NCBI GenBank assembly: GCA_964576905.1
Contig: CAZNWG010000003.1
Location: 1-42,978 of the forward strand
DNA length: 42,978 bases
Direction: 5' to 3'
Origin: an uncultured Candidatus Saccharibacteria bacterium
Lineage (GTDB): Bacteria; Patescibacteriota; Minisyncoccia; Phycocordibacterales; UBA918
Of the stretch, positions 16,882 through 27,935 are shown piece after piece. The translations under genes and the position numbers were made by a program. The number at the start of each line of letters is the position of its first letter. Position 1 is the stretch's first letter. The notes beneath the pieces were generated by a model. That model worked only from the letters and a program-made list of their open reading frames with translations. It did no database searches and was not told the origin of the DNA.

Positions 16882-19800
16882 ATGTCGAATGCACCAAAAC
16901 ACGATGTGTCTGTAGGAACACTTCCAAAGAAGCGTTTCCAAAATTTTCGTGATGCGCGCGTGTCACTCCCTGATCTTGTGGAGCCACAACGTGAATCATA
17001 CAAGGCATTTGTCGAGCAGGGTCTCAAAGAAATTTTCAGAGAATTTTCACCCATCAGTGACTATTCTGAAAAAAAGTTTGACCTCCTCTTCAAGAAGTAC
17101 GAGCTCGGTCAGCCAAAGACGACACCTGAGTATGCTCGCGAAAACAAGCTCACCTATGAGGCGCCACTTCGTGCACTCGTCGTCTTGAACAACAAGACGT
17201 TTGGTGGCGAAAAGGAACAGGAGATTTTTCTCGCTGACATTCCGGTGATGACTGAGAACGGTACCTTCATCATCAATGGTGTCGAGCGTGTTATCGTACC
17301 CCAGCTCGCACGCTCCTACGGTGTATTTTTCACGACGAATGAATCAAAGGGACGTACCTACTTTGGTGCAAAGATTATTCCTGCCCGCGGTGCGTGGGTA
17401 GAGATTGAGTCTGAAGCAGATGGAGTCATCTACGTGAAGATTGACCGCAAACGCAAATTCCCTATTTCGTCACTCTTCCGTGTACTTGGTGTGACGAATG
17501 ACAAGGATATGCTCAAACTCTTGAAGGGCACTCCACAGGGTGAAGAGTACATCACCCGTACACTCGCAAAAGATCCTGCAAAGACAACCGACGATTCATA
17601 CATCGAAATCTATCGTCGTCTTCGTGACGGTGACCTTGCAACAGTCGACAATGCAAAAGAGTTCATCAACTCTATCTTTAGTCCAGCGCGCTACGACCTT
17701 TCAGAAATTGGACGCCACCACTTCAACGAGCGTTTTGGTCTTTCGATTGATGCGAAGGCAGATGCACAGCGTACGGTGTCTATTGAGGATGTGGTGACTA
17801 TCATCAAAAACATCATTGAGCAAAATAATACCCCAGGGGCGCTCGCCGATGATATCGACCACCTCGGCTTCCGACGGGTGCGCTATTTTGGGGAGATGTT
17901 GCAACAGCGTATTCGTGTGGGTATGACCCGCGTGAAGCGCAATATCCAAGACCGTATGTCGACGATTGAAACCGAGACATCACTTCCGATTCAACTCGTG
18001 AATCCCCGCCCACTCCAAGCGGCGATTAAGGAATTCTTCACGACCAACCAGCTTTCACAGTTCATGCAACAGCAAAACATGCTCGCAGAGCTCGAGGGAC
18101 TCCGCACGCTCTCAGCACTCGGCCCGGGTGGACTCACTCGCGAGCGTGCTGGCTTCGAGGTACGTGACGTACACACCTCTCACTATGGACGCCTCTGTCC
18201 AATTCACACCCCAGAAGGTCCAAACATTGGACTCATCCTCCGTCTCTCCATGTATGCGCGTGTGAACCGCTTCGGTATCATTGAAACACCATACGCAAAG
18301 GTAGAAAAGGGTGTGGTGACTGATGAAATTGTCTACCTTAATGCCCACGAAGAGGAGCGGTACTACATTGCACACGCTGCTGTTGAGGTTGATGACAACG
18401 GAAAGATAAAACCAGACATCCTCGAAGCGCGACTCAAGGGTGAACCAGTCATCGTCGCGAAAAAGCAGATTGAATATATCGACATTGCATCCAACCAAGC
18501 ATTCTCTGTTGCAACTTCGATGATTCCTTTCATCAACCACGATGATGCAAACCGCGCACTCATGGGTAGTAATATGCAGAAGCAAGCTACTCCGTGTATC
18601 GTGCAAGAGGCACCACTTGTTGGAACCGGTGTTGAGGAGCTCGCCGCACGAGATACGGGACGTATGATAATGGCTCTTGAAGCAGGTGAGGTGGTAGAGG
18701 CAGATGCACGCCACATTGTGGTAAAAAATAAGGACGGCAAGAAAAAGGAATACACACTCACGACATTCCAGCGAACCAACGATTTTTCAGCGTTCTATCA
18801 CATCGCATCGGTATCGGTGGGTGATAAGGTCAAGCGGGGTGATGTGCTCGCAAATACATCCTCGACCGATAATGGTCAAATGGCACTCGGGCAAAACATG
18901 CTCGTTGCGTTCATGAGCTGGTCTGGAGCAAACTATGAGGACGCTATCATTATTTCAGAGCGTGTGGTAAAGAACAGCAAGTTTTCTACCATTCACATTG
19001 ATGAACTCGAGGTCTCTGTACGTGACACGAAACTCGGTCCTGAAGTAACAACTCCAGACATTCCGAATGTATCTGAGCTCAAGCTCCGCAACCTCGACGA
19101 GGAGGGAATCATTCGTATTGGCGCTGAGGTTCGCCCCGGCGATATTCTTGTGGGTAAGGTGACACCAAAAGGTGAAACACAGCTCACTCCGGAAGAGCGT
19201 CTCCTCCGTTCTATTTTCGGCGAGAAGGCAAAAGATGTGAAAGACACTTCCCTTCGACTTGAAGCAGGAAAGCGGGGACGTGTCATTGGAGTAAAGATAT
19301 TCACACGCGAAAATGGAGATCAACTCGAAAGTGGTGTCATCAAGCGTATCCATATCACGGTTGCACAGGTGCGTAATGTGTCTGTGGGAGACAAGCTTGC
19401 CGGACGCCACGGTAACAAGGGTGTTATTTCACGCATTCTTCCTGAGGAAGATATGCCATACACTGAGGACGGAAACCCTGTCGATGTTATTCTCACACCA
19501 CTCGGTGTACCAAGCCGTATGAACCTTGGACAGATTCTTGAACTCCACCTCGGTATGGCGGCAAACACGCTCGGCTACCAAGCTATCGTACCTCCGTTTG
19601 CTGGTGCAACAGAAAACGAGGTAAAGGCGGAACTCGTTTCAGCGGGACTTCCCGCAGATGGAAAGCTCTGGTTGCGCGATGGGCGTACTGGCGATACCTT
19701 CGCACAGCGTATTTCAGTGGGGTACATGTACATTATGAAACTGCACCACATGGTGGAAGACAAAATCCACATGCGCTCAATTGGTCCATACTCACTCATT

Positions 19801-20085
19801 ACCCAACAGCCACTCGGTGGAAAGGCACAAGTGGGAGGTCAGCGTTTTGGAGAAATGGAGGTGTGGGCACTTCTCGGGTATGGCGCAGCGTACACACTTC
19901 GCGAGATGCTCACCATTAAGTCAGACGATATTGTCGGACGTTCTGCAGCATTCGATGCCATTGTCCGTGGCGAAAAGATTAGTCATCCACATACCCCCGC
20001 AGCATTCAATGTGCTCGTCAATCAGTTGCGTGGACTCTCACTCGATATCGATCTCCGCAAGGAGGGTAGCAATCGCACTTATTAA
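16882..20085 (+). CDS. rpoB: DNA-directed RNA polymerase beta subunit
   Basis: 1067-aa ORF with RpoB-wide motifs (NMQKQA, GRHGNKGV, GGQRFGEMEVWAL). Confidence 0.97.
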   Translation: MSNAPKHDVSVGTLPKKRFQNFRDARVSLPDLVEPQRESYKAFVEQGLKEIFREFSPISDYSEKKFDLLFKKYELGQPKTTPEYARENKLTYEAPLRALVVLNNKTFGGEKEQEIFLADIPVMTENGTFIINGVERVIVPQLARSYGVFFTTNESKGRTYFGAKIIPARGAWVEIESEADGVIYVKIDRKRKFPISSLFRVLGVTNDKDMLKLLKGTPQGEEYITRTLAKDPAKTTDDSYIEIYRRLRDGDLATVDNAKEFINSIFSPARYDLSEIGRHHFNERFGLSIDAKADAQRTVSIEDVVTIIKNIIEQNNTPGALADDIDHLGFRRVRYFGEMLQQRIRVGMTRVKRNIQDRMSTIETETSLPIQLVNPRPLQAAIKEFFTTNQLSQFMQQQNMLAELEGLRTLSALGPGGLTRERAGFEVRDVHTSHYGRLCPIHTPEGPNIGLILRLSMYARVNRFGIIETPYAKVEKGVVTDEIVYLNAHEEERYYIAHAAVEVDDNGKIKPDILEARLKGEPVIVAKKQIEYIDIASNQAFSVATSMIPFINHDDANRALMGSNMQKQATPCIVQEAPLVGTGVEELAARDTGRMIMALEAGEVVEADARHIVVKNKDGKKKEYTLTTFQRTNDFSAFYHIASVSVGDKVKRGDVLANTSSTDNGQMALGQNMLVAFMSWSGANYEDAIIISERVVKNSKFSTIHIDELEVSVRDTKLGPEVTTPDIPNVSELKLRNLDEEGIIRIGAEVRPGDILVGKVTPKGETQLTPEERLLRSIFGEKAKDVKDTSLRLEAGKRGRVIGVKIFTRENGDQLESGVIKRIHITVAQVRNVSVGDKLAGRHGNKGVISRILPEEDMPYTEDGNPVDVILTPLGVPSRMNLGQILELHLGMAANTLGYQAIVPPFAGATENEVKAELVSAGLPADGKLWLRDGRTGDTFAQRISVGYMYIMKLHHMVEDKIHMRSIGPYSLITQQPLGGKAQVGGQRFGEMEVWALLGYGAAYTLREMLTIKSDDIVGRSAAFDAIVRGEKISHPHTPAAFNVLVNQLRGLSLDIDLRKEGSNRTY

Positions 20086-20107
20086 TTCGTAGTCTTTTAG
20101 TCATCAT

Positions 20108-23100
20108 ATGAAAACACAAGCTCCACAGCAATTCAGCGAAATTTCGCTCAAGCTCGCGTCACCAGAGCGTATTCTTGAATGGTCAAAGGGTGAAATCACA
20201 AAACCGGAGACCATCAACTATCGCACCCAGCGCCCAGAAAAGCATGGCCTTTTTGATGAGCGTATCTTTGGACCGGTGGAAGACTACGAATGTGCATGTA
20301 AGAAGTACCGCGGTATTCGCTACAAGGGTATCACCTGTGAAAAGTGTGGTGTTGAAATCACCCGCTCTATTGTGCGACGTGAGCGCATGGGCCACATCGA
20401 CCTCTGCGTACCGGTGTCACACATCTGGTTTCTCCGTGGTGTACCAAGCCGTATTGCACTCATCCTCGGTACCTCAGCTGCATCGATTGAAAAGGTTATC
20501 TACTTTGCGGGATATATCGTCACCAAGGTAAGTCAGGATGAAAAAAATCGCATTCTCCGTGAACTCGATACTGAATTCAAGACGAAATACAAAGAGCTCG
20601 CAAATGAGCAGGCACGTGAAGAACTCCAGAGCCGTATGACCGATATCAAACACGAGATTGAATCAATCACGGTTGGTTCCATTCTCGACGAGATGCACTA
20701 CCACAAGTACTCAATGAAGTATTCAACACTCTTTGATGCACGTATCGGTGCGGAAGCGATTTACGATATTTTCAAGAAACTTGACCTCGTCCTCCTCCGC
20801 GATCAACTCGAAAAAGCGCGTGAGACAGCGGGTGCAGCAGAGCGCACCAAGCTCGACAAGCGACTCTCACTCGTGAAAGGAATGATACATGCTGAAGTGC
20901 GTCCTGAGTGGATGTTCCTCATGCGTATTCCCGTCATCCCACCAGCACTTCGCCCGATGGTGGCACTCGAAGGAGGGCGACATGCATCTTCAGACCTTAA
21001 CGACCTCTATCGTCGCGTTATCAACCGAAATAATCGATTGAAGAAACTCATCGATATCATGGCACCGGATGTGATTCTTCGAAACGAGAAGCGTATTCTC
21101 CAAGAAGCCGTCGACGCACTCATCGACAACTCAATCCGTCACGGCAACACCGCGTACTCGGCAATGAGCCAGGCACAGCGTCGTCCACTCAAGTCACTCT
21201 CAGACTACTTGAAGAGTAAGCAGGGTTACTTCCGCCAGAACCTTCTTGGAAAGCGTGTAGACTACTCGGGACGCTCTGTGATTGTTATCGGTCCAGACCT
21301 CGCGCTCGATCAGTGCGGTCTCCCAAAGCACATGGCGCTCGAACTCTTCCGCCCCTTTGTCATCGCACAGCTCTTGAAACAAGAGCTCGCATACAACATT
21401 CGTGGTGCAGGGCGCTTGATTGAAGACGGTGTACCAGAAGTGTGGGCAATTCTTGAAGATGTTATTCGAGACCGTCACGTACTCCTCAACCGCGCACCAA
21501 CGCTCCACCGACAGGGTATTCAGGCATTCCGCCCAGTCCTCATTGAGGGTAATGCAATCCAAGTGCACCCACTCGTCTGTCGTGCGTTCAACGCCGACTT
21601 CGACGGTGACCAGATGGCAGTGCACGTTCCTCTTTCAGATGAAGCACAGTACGAGGCGCGAGAAATTATTTCTGCAAACAAAAACATTCTGAAGCCGGGA
21701 AGTGCTGATCCTGTTGTATCAGAGAAACTGCTCGATATGGCACTCGGTGCATTCTGGATGACTAAAATAATTGATAAAGCATTGGGAGAAGGAAAAGCAT
21801 TCCAATCACCAAACGCTGCTATCCTTGCGTACGATTTTGGAGTCATTGATCTTCGTGCAAAAGTGAAAGTCCTTGCAACTGATACACCAAAGTACAAGCA
21901 CTTCGGTGGACAGCTCTTTGAGACATCAGTGGGACGCCTCCTCTTCAACTCAGTACTTCCGTCGGATCACCCATTCCTCAATGAGAATGTCACACAGCGC
22001 ACACTCTTTGGTATCATCATCGATCTCATTGATGATGAGGGTATTGGCGCAGTACCAAAAATCGTCGACCGCATGAAGCGATTCGGTTTTGAGTACGCGA
22101 CAAAGTCAGGTGTTACGTGGGGTATTGATGATGTGGTGGTACCACACCAAAAGAAGGCAATCATTGAAAAAGCGCGCGGTGAAGAAGCGAAGGTCATCTC
22201 ATTTTTCAATGAGGGTCTTATCTCTCGTGATGAACGACGTCGCATGATTATCGAAATCTGGCACCGCACAAAGACCGAGATTGAGGGGACACTCCCTGAA
22301 ACACTCGATGTGAACGGCTCCGTGTACGATATGTGGAAGTCAGGCGCTCGAGGTTCTATGGGACAGATCGCCATGATGGCTGGTATGAAGGGACTCATTA
22401 TCAACACGCGAGGAGAAACGCTCGAGTTCCCGATTCTCTCATCGATGAAGGAGGGTATGAGCCCTATTGAATACTTCATTACCACACACGGTTCACGAAA
22501 AGGACTCGCTGACACGGCACTCCAAACTGCAAAGGCAGGGTATCTCACACGACGTCTTTTCGTGGTAGCACAGGATGCCATCATAACTGAACCAGATTGT
22601 AAGACAAAAGACGGTGTCACTATCGGGCGCGTGTCATCTTCAGGTATCGAGATTGCATTCTCAAAGGCAATTCGTGGACGTATCCTTGCGGTAGATGCAG
22701 TGACTGGTAGTGGAGAAGTACTCTTTAAGAAGGGACATTTACTCTCACGCCTTGAGTCGATTGCTATTGAAAAATCTGATATTGCAACCGTTGAAGTACG
22801 TTCACCGATGACCTGTAAGACACTCCGCGGTGTGTGTCAGCAGTGCTACGGTATCGACCTCACGACCAACAAACTCGTTGATATTGGAGAGGCAGTCGGT
22901 ACCGTGGCGGCACAGGCGATTGGTGAGCCGGGAACACAGCTCACCATGAATACGAAGCATGCGGGAGGTGCCGCATCGGTTGGTGGAGACGTAACGCAGG
23001 GTCTCCCCCGTGTGGAGGAGGTGTTTGAGAAGCGCTCACCAAAGGTGCCAGCGGTCATTTCAAAAACCGACGGTATCGTAACAAGCGTCCGTACCGAGGG

Positions 23101-23764
23101 GAAGGAAAAAATCATTACGATAGCGCCAACACTCGGTTCAAAACATGCAACGAAGAAAAATGATCCTATTGAATATGCAGTGCACTTTAGACGCGTCATT
23201 ATTGTGAAAGAAGGCGAATCAGTGAAGCAGGGGCAATTCCTCACCGATGGTTCTGCACACCTTCCCGACCTCTTCAAATATGCAGGTCAAGAGCCAACGC
23301 AGGAATACATCATCAATGAAACGAACAAGATTTACGAGCTTCAGGGTGTGACCATTGCGCGTAAGCACATTGAGCTCATCGTGAAGCAGATGATGAGCCG
23401 AGTGAAAATCACCCACGTAGGTGACAGTTACTACACCGTCGGTGACGTTGTCGAGGAGTGGAATTTTGTTGAGACCAATAATACACTGGTCGGTGAAGGG
23501 AAGGAGCCAGCAAAGGCAGACCGTCTCATTCTCGGTATCACCGAGACCTCACTCTCGCGAAAGAGCTTCCTCTCGGCGGCATCATTCCAAAACACCACGC
23601 GCGTTCTCATCAATGCAGCTGTGCGTGGGAGCGATGATAAGCTCACGGGGCTCATGGAGAACGTCATCATCGGACGACTCATCCCTGCGGGGACCGGCTT
23701 CGTCGGAAGCAACAAGTACGAAGCGATTAAGCAGTTCCAAATTCAGGACACTGACGGGGAATAG
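20108..23764 (+). CDS. rpoC: DNA-directed RNA polymerase beta' subunit
   Basis: 1218-aa ORF with a zinc-binding Cys cluster (CACKKY..C.KCG), the catalytic NADFDGDQM motif and a trigger-loop region. Confidence 0.97.
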   Translation: MKTQAPQQFSEISLKLASPERILEWSKGEITKPETINYRTQRPEKHGLFDERIFGPVEDYECACKKYRGIRYKGITCEKCGVEITRSIVRRERMGHIDLCVPVSHIWFLRGVPSRIALILGTSAASIEKVIYFAGYIVTKVSQDEKNRILRELDTEFKTKYKELANEQAREELQSRMTDIKHEIESITVGSILDEMHYHKYSMKYSTLFDARIGAEAIYDIFKKLDLVLLRDQLEKARETAGAAERTKLDKRLSLVKGMIHAEVRPEWMFLMRIPVIPPALRPMVALEGGRHASSDLNDLYRRVINRNNRLKKLIDIMAPDVILRNEKRILQEAVDALIDNSIRHGNTAYSAMSQAQRRPLKSLSDYLKSKQGYFRQNLLGKRVDYSGRSVIVIGPDLALDQCGLPKHMALELFRPFVIAQLLKQELAYNIRGAGRLIEDGVPEVWAILEDVIRDRHVLLNRAPTLHRQGIQAFRPVLIEGNAIQVHPLVCRAFNADFDGDQMAVHVPLSDEAQYEAREIISANKNILKPGSADPVVSEKLLDMALGAFWMTKIIDKALGEGKAFQSPNAAILAYDFGVIDLRAKVKVLATDTPKYKHFGGQLFETSVGRLLFNSVLPSDHPFLNENVTQRTLFGIIIDLIDDEGIGAVPKIVDRMKRFGFEYATKSGVTWGIDDVVVPHQKKAIIEKARGEEAKVISFFNEGLISRDERRRMIIEIWHRTKTEIEGTLPETLDVNGSVYDMWKSGARGSMGQIAMMAGMKGLIINTRGETLEFPILSSMKEGMSPIEYFITTHGSRKGLADTALQTAKAGYLTRRLFVVAQDAIITEPDCKTKDGVTIGRVSSSGIEIAFSKAIRGRILAVDAVTGSGEVLFKKGHLLSRLESIAIEKSDIATVEVRSPMTCKTLRGVCQQCYGIDLTTNKLVDIGEAVGTVAAQAIGEPGTQLTMNTKHAGGAASVGGDVTQGLPRVEEVFEKRSPKVPAVISKTDGIVTSVRTEGKEKIITIAPTLGSKHATKKNDPIEYAVHFRRVIIVKEGESVKQGQFLTDGSAHLPDLFKYAGQEPTQEYIINETNKIYELQGVTIARKHIELIVKQMMSRVKITHVGDSYYTVGDVVEEWNFVETNNTLVGEGKEPAKADRLILGITETSLSRKSFLSAASFQNTTRVLINAAVRGSDDKLTGLMENVIIGRLIPAGTGFVGSNKYEAIKQFQIQDTDGE

Positions 23765-23786
23765 GAACTAACGAAAAAAGAGAATG

Positions 23787-23822
23787 AAAACAGCCGGCGC
23801 CCACAGGGCGCCGGCTGTTTTC
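23787..23822 (+). terminator. Rho-independent terminator after rpoC
   Basis: AAAACAGCCGGCGCCC-aca-GGGCGCCGGCTGTTTT followed by C. Confidence 0.85.
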
Positions 23823-23917
23823 GTGACAAAGCACAGGGTTACCCTGTGGTGACATAAATACGTTTTGATGTCAAACTTTGTGCAGAGCAGGCGATGGTCG
23901 GGTATAATACTCGCACT

Positions 23918-25660
23918 ATGTCACGCACCGCAGTCGAGCAAATCAAAGACCGACTCACCATCGTGGACGTGGTGGGTAGCTACGTTGAGCTCAAACCGGC
24001 GGGAAAAAATTTCAAAGCACGCTCCCCGTTCACGAACGAAAAAACCCCCTCATTTTACGTATCACCCGACCGCGGGATGTACTACTGCTTCTCGTCACAG
24101 CAAGGCGGTGACATGTTTACCTTTGTGGAGAAAATGGAAGGAGTCGATTTCAAAGGTGCACTCAAGATACTTGCGGATCGTGCACACGTGGAGCTTATCC
24201 CCGAAGACCCCAAGAAGCGCGACGAGCGAGAGACCGAGTACGCGCTTCTCGAAGAAGCAACACAGTATTTTTTTAGAGCGCGCGAACGTGCGCCACTCGT
24301 CGACGCGTACATTCTTGATCGTGGAGTGACGATGCAGACTATCCATGCGTGGCGGATTGGCTACGCACAGGATGAGTGGCGCGCGCTCCGCTCACACCTC
24401 GCGGGGAAAGGATACACAGATGCACAGATGCTCTCGGCGGGACTCATCAAGAAGACGGAAGGAGGGAAAGAACCGTACGATGTATTCCGTGACCGCATCA
24501 TGTTCCCGATTTTTGATACGTCAGGACGCGTCGTTGCTTTTTCGGGACGGACGCTCAAAAAGGAAGAGGGAATTCCGAAGTACGTGAACTCACCCGAAAC
24601 AGACCTCTTCAAAAAGTCTGAAATCCTCTACGGCTACGACAAAGCGAAAGCGGGAATTCGCCACTTTGATTTCTCACTGCTCGTTGAGGGTCAGTTCGAC
24701 CTCGTGCTCGCGCACCAGGCGGGGTATACGAATACGGTTGCAGTTTCAGGGACAGCATTCACCGAGGAGCACCTCGCACTCCTCAGGCGCCTCTCCGAGC
24801 GAGTTGTGCTCGCGCTCGACTCCGATAGGGCTGGTGTGACCGCGGTGAAACGTGTTGCCGGCATGATGCTCACGCGGGGTATGGATGTGAAGGTTGCGCG
24901 CATGGAGGGTGGCAAGGACCCCGCAGATATCATCAGTGCAAACCCTGCTGACTTTAAACATTTTATCGGAAATGCGGTACATGTGGTCGAGTTTCTCCTT
25001 GCGGTCCTCAAAGAGGGAATGAAAGACGAGCGTACGTACAAACTCCGTGTGCGTGAAGAAATTCTTCCGCTCCTTGTGGCAATGGAAAATCGTATCGATC
25101 GGGAACACTTTGAAGGTATCATCGCTTTGCACATTGGTACCACGAAGGAAGGGATACACTATGAGGTAGAACGACTCGAAGTTCTGCATAAAAATACACC
25201 AAAGACAGATCATGTATCTCAGGCCCCTGCGGTGCATAAAGAAGTGTCGATTTCCAATCGTCAGGGTGGGCTCTACAATCATCTCCGTGCGCTCATGCAC
25301 GTGTGTGTCGGTGAACGTACATGGATAGGGGATCGCATTAGAGCACACATGGAAAGCATTCTCAGCCCTGAAGTGTTCCTCTCGTTTATGGAAGCAGAAG
25401 TCACACCACAGATTCAAGCAGAGATTTTTACCCTCGAAGAACACCTTGAGGGACTGCGGGAAAAATACTTTTTGGAAGAGGTATCTGATGTGCTCACACA
25501 GTATACGCACACCATGGCACGCGATCACCTCGGCACACTCAGGAAGCAACTTGGGGCTCTGGAAGCAGGTAAAGACGATGAGAGAGAACTTGCCATACTC
25601 ACCGAAATGAAAATTGCAGAAAAACTGCTCCAGTCACCGGTTAAAATCGAAAAAGAATAA
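23918..25660 (+). CDS. dnaG: DNA primase
   Basis: A zinc-ribbon-like N-terminus (KARSPFTNEKTPSFYVSPDRGMYYCFSSQQGGD) and a TOPRIM region (LVEGQFDL, ALDSDRAG). I trimmed the ORF track start (23894) to the ATG at 23918. Confidence 0.93.
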   Translation: MSRTAVEQIKDRLTIVDVVGSYVELKPAGKNFKARSPFTNEKTPSFYVSPDRGMYYCFSSQQGGDMFTFVEKMEGVDFKGALKILADRAHVELIPEDPKKRDERETEYALLEEATQYFFRARERAPLVDAYILDRGVTMQTIHAWRIGYAQDEWRALRSHLAGKGYTDAQMLSAGLIKKTEGGKEPYDVFRDRIMFPIFDTSGRVVAFSGRTLKKEEGIPKYVNSPETDLFKKSEILYGYDKAKAGIRHFDFSLLVEGQFDLVLAHQAGYTNTVAVSGTAFTEEHLALLRRLSERVVLALDSDRAGVTAVKRVAGMMLTRGMDVKVARMEGGKDPADIISANPADFKHFIGNAVHVVEFLLAVLKEGMKDERTYKLRVREEILPLLVAMENRIDREHFEGIIALHIGTTKEGIHYEVERLEVLHKNTPKTDHVSQAPAVHKEVSISNRQGGLYNHLRALMHVCVGERTWIGDRIRAHMESILSPEVFLSFMEAEVTPQIQAEIFTLEEHLEGLREKYFLEEVSDVLTQYTHTMARDHLGTLRKQLGALEAGKDDERELAILTEMKIAEKLLQSPVKIEKE

Positions 25661-25687
25661 AGACCCCAATCTTTCGAAAGGGGCCTA

Positions 25688-25715
25688 CTGAAGCATGCGT
25701 TGGCTTCAGATTTTC
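25688..25715 (+). terminator. Candidate terminator after dnaG
   Basis: CTGAAGC-atgcgttg-GCTTCAG followed by ATTTTC. Confidence 0.5.
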
Positions 25716-25885
25716 AGGGTGATCCACGAAGGATCCTGCTTCGTTTTCATGACGCTTCCTTTCAGAGTAGCGGACATGCCCCACCAAAATCAGTGGTTTT
25801 CAAATTATAGCAGAAAATGCCACGTACACACAATTCAGGAACGTATATGGACATTTTTGAGTTTTAGGGTATAGTTGCAGATATT

Positions 25886-27181
25886 ATGGCAAAAAAGGTG
25901 GTAGCACAAAAGAAAAAAGTAGCAAAAAAGTCGCCTGCAAAAAAGGCGATTATTAAGTCAGCGCCAAAGAGACAGGTTGCACCAAAAAAAGCACCTGCTA
26001 AAAAAGTGGCCAAAAAAGTTGCCGTCATAAAGAAAAAAGTTGTCGCCAAAAAAGTGGCACCAAAAAAAGCACCCGCTAAAAAAGTTGTCACTAAGAAACT
26101 TTCAAAATCAGAATTACTGCAAGAGCATAAAGCAAGCTCACTTTTGACTCTGGGAAGAACACGTGGATATGTGACATACGATGAAATACTCAAAGAGTTC
26201 CCACAGGTGGAACGCGATATTACGTTCCTCGAAAATCTCTATGAGCGTCTCGCGACTGCGAGTATTGATATTATTGGCGGTGGTGGTATGCTCGGTGATG
26301 AACAAGACAGTGGGCTTCTCGATCGAAAGAATGTATACAAGCGCAGTGATAGCGCGTACGACTCTATTCAGATGTACCTGCGCGAAATCGGCCAGTACCC
26401 ACTCCTCACCGCGCACGAAGAGCGTGTGCTTGCGAAGCGTATCGTCGACGGTGACACCGAAGCGCGTAATCTCCTAGCGCGCGCTAATCTCCGCCTCGTC
26501 GTCTCGATTGCAAAGAAGTACGTGGGGCGCAGTCCCGACCTCACTTTGCTCGACCTCATTCAGGAGGGGAACCTCGGACTCTTTAAGGCCGTCGATAAGT
26601 TTGACTTTACGAAGGGTTTCAAGTTTTCGACCTATGCGACGTGGTGGATACGACAGGCAATTACTCGTGCTTTGGCCGACCAGTCACGCACCATTCGCAT
26701 TCCCGTACACATGGTAGAAACCATGGCGAAGTACAAGCAGGTCGCCCGCCGTCTCGCGCAGGACTTAGGCCGTGACCCGATGGCGGAAGAGATTGCGACC
26801 GAAATGGATGTGGAGGTGGAGAAAATCTACCAGATTGAAAAAATCAGTCAGGACACTATCTCGCTTGAGCTCCCGATTGGGGACGACGATGACCGCTCAC
26901 GTCTCTCAGACTTCATTGCGGATGACAAGATAATGTCTCCCGATCAAGAAGTTGCCCACCGCATCCTTGCCGACCAGATGCAGGAGATACTCGAATCGCT
27001 CTCCGAAAAAGAGCGAAAGATTCTCGAGATGCGCCACGGACTCCTCGATGGTACATACCATACCCTTGAAGAGGTGGGTAAAGAGTTTGGCGTCACCCGC
27101 GAGCGTATTCGACAGATTGAGGCAAAGGCACTCGAGAAGATACGCCAGCACGACAAGGCGAGGAGGTTGAAGAGTTACTAA
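25886..27181 (+). CDS. rpoD: Primary RNA polymerase sigma factor (sigma-70 family), with a Lys/Ala-rich basic N-terminal tail
   Basis: Regions 1.2-4.2 are recognisable ([63 protein letters not shown]). It sits downstream of dnaG, as in the classic dnaG-rpoD arrangement. Confidence 0.95.
   Translation: MAKKVVAQKKKVAKKSPAKKAIIKSAPKRQVAPKKAPAKKVAKKVAVIKKKVVAKKVAPKKAPAKKVVTKKLSKSELLQEHKASSLLTLGRTRGYVTYDEILKEFPQVERDITFLENLYERLATASIDIIGGGGMLGDEQDSGLLDRKNVYKRSDSAYDSIQMYLREIGQYPLLTAHEERVLAKRIVDGDTEARNLLARANLRLVVSIAKKYVGRSPDLTLLDLIQEGNLGLFKAVDKFDFTKGFKFSTYATWWIRQAITRALADQSRTIRIPVHMVETMAKYKQVARRLAQDLGRDPMAEEIATEMDVEVEKIYQIEKISQDTISLELPIGDDDDRSRLSDFIADDKIMSPDQEVAHRILADQMQEILESLSEKERKILEMRHGLLDGTYHTLEEVGKEFGVTRERIRQIEAKALEKIRQHDKARRLKSY
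27096..27181 (+). repeat. Direct repeat A (86 nt): the last 28 codons plus stop of the expressed rpoD
   Basis: Identical to 27936-27993 over the first 58 nt. There are 7 mismatches in the last 28 nt, all synonymous. Confidence 0.95.
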
Positions 27182-27279
27182 TTGTTAATTAGGATTACTT
27201 TATCAATTTGTTGAATCTTGTATACTGTAATTAAATTAAGTTGTAGAGTTACGCATGATTAAATATTTGAATAAATTAT

Positions 27280-27498
27280 ATGAAAGAATATACAAGTTTT
27301 ACACTTAGATTGTTTAAAAAACAGAAAACATCACCATTTATTGAAGGAATGGCTTCTATTCTTGACAATTCAAATTCTGATTATAAATACAATTTTGACA
27401 AAACTGATTCTGATGCTGATAGAAAATCTATACAAGCAGATTGGAAACAAGTTGGTGCAGATTTACAAACTGTTATGATGCAACATGCCACAAAGTGA
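27280..27498 (+). CDS. Hypothetical small protein (72 aa), first gene of the insertion cassette
   Basis: An ORF in AT-rich DNA whose 3' end overlaps the downstream ORF's start by 14 nt. Its C-terminus reads DRKSIQADWKQVGADLQTVM. No family is assigned with confidence. Confidence 0.5.
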   Translation: MKEYTSFTLRLFKKQKTSPFIEGMASILDNSNSDYKYNFDKTDSDADRKSIQADWKQVGADLQTVMMQHATK

Positions 27499-27916
27499 AA
27501 AACAAGATGAAGGTGTTGAGATTGTTAAAGAACAACGAGCATCGTCTGAGCAACAACTTGTATCTGCAGAATATTACGAAGGCATCATACCTCACCCACG
27601 CCTAATGAGAGAATGGGAAGAAGTGGTTCCTGGTTCAGCAGACTCTATTTTTAAGCGTTTTGAAGAGCAGTCCAAACATCGTATAAAAATTGAAGAAAAG
27701 GTTGTTGGTGCAAATAACTTTAAACTCATTATTGGTCCGATATTTGCATTCATCATTGCGATGACAACTATTGGCGGTGGTATTTGGATTGCTTTAGCAA
27801 CGCCAACAACAGCTGGAGCAATATTGGGAGGATTTTTAACCTTATCTGGATTAGGTACTGTCGTCACTCCATTTCTCGTGACAGAGTTTAGAAAGAAAAA
27901 AGAAGATAATAGCTGA
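27485..27916 (+). CDS. DUF2335-like membrane protein (143 aa, two predicted C-terminal TM helices)
   Basis: YEGIIPHPRLMREWEEVVPGSADSIFKRFEEQSKHRIKIEE resembles the conserved DUF2335 N-terminal block as I recall it (P-P..L..Y....PG.a..I....E.E..HR). Two hydrophobic segments follow (IIGPIFAFIIAMTTIGGGIWIAL and GAILGGFLTLSGLGTVVTPFLV). Confidence 0.6.
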   Translation: MPQSEKQDEGVEIVKEQRASSEQQLVSAEYYEGIIPHPRLMREWEEVVPGSADSIFKRFEEQSKHRIKIEEKVVGANNFKLIIGPIFAFIIAMTTIGGGIWIALATPTTAGAILGGFLTLSGLGTVVTPFLVTEFRKKKEDNS

Positions 27917-27935
27917 ACTATTAAAGGACTTCTAG

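Larger units (their letters stand above)
27182..27935 (+). mobile_element. AT-rich 754-bp insertion (putative miniature integrative or mobilisable cassette) in the rpoD 3' end
   Basis: Bracketed by the 86-nt direct repeats. Its base composition and codon usage are visibly much more AT-rich than the flanking DNA. It carries two overlapping ORFs. No integrase or transposase is encoded inside. Confidence 0.65.

Noticed and set aside
25845-25854. ATATGGACAT upstream of rpoD, as a possible sixth REP copy or regulatory half-site.
   Set aside because: Only one arm is present and there is no partner arm nearby. It could be a remnant or chance, so I mention it under the REP family but do not call it a feature.
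27182-27279. Promoter for the insertion cassette (TTGAAT at 27211, TTGTAG at 27241, various TA-rich hexamers) and terminal inverted repeats of the insert.
   Set aside because: In DNA this AT-rich, -35/-10-like hexamers arise by chance, and I found no pair with convincing spacing. Comparing the two insert ends showed no convincing inverted or direct terminal repeat beyond the 86-nt rpoD duplication.
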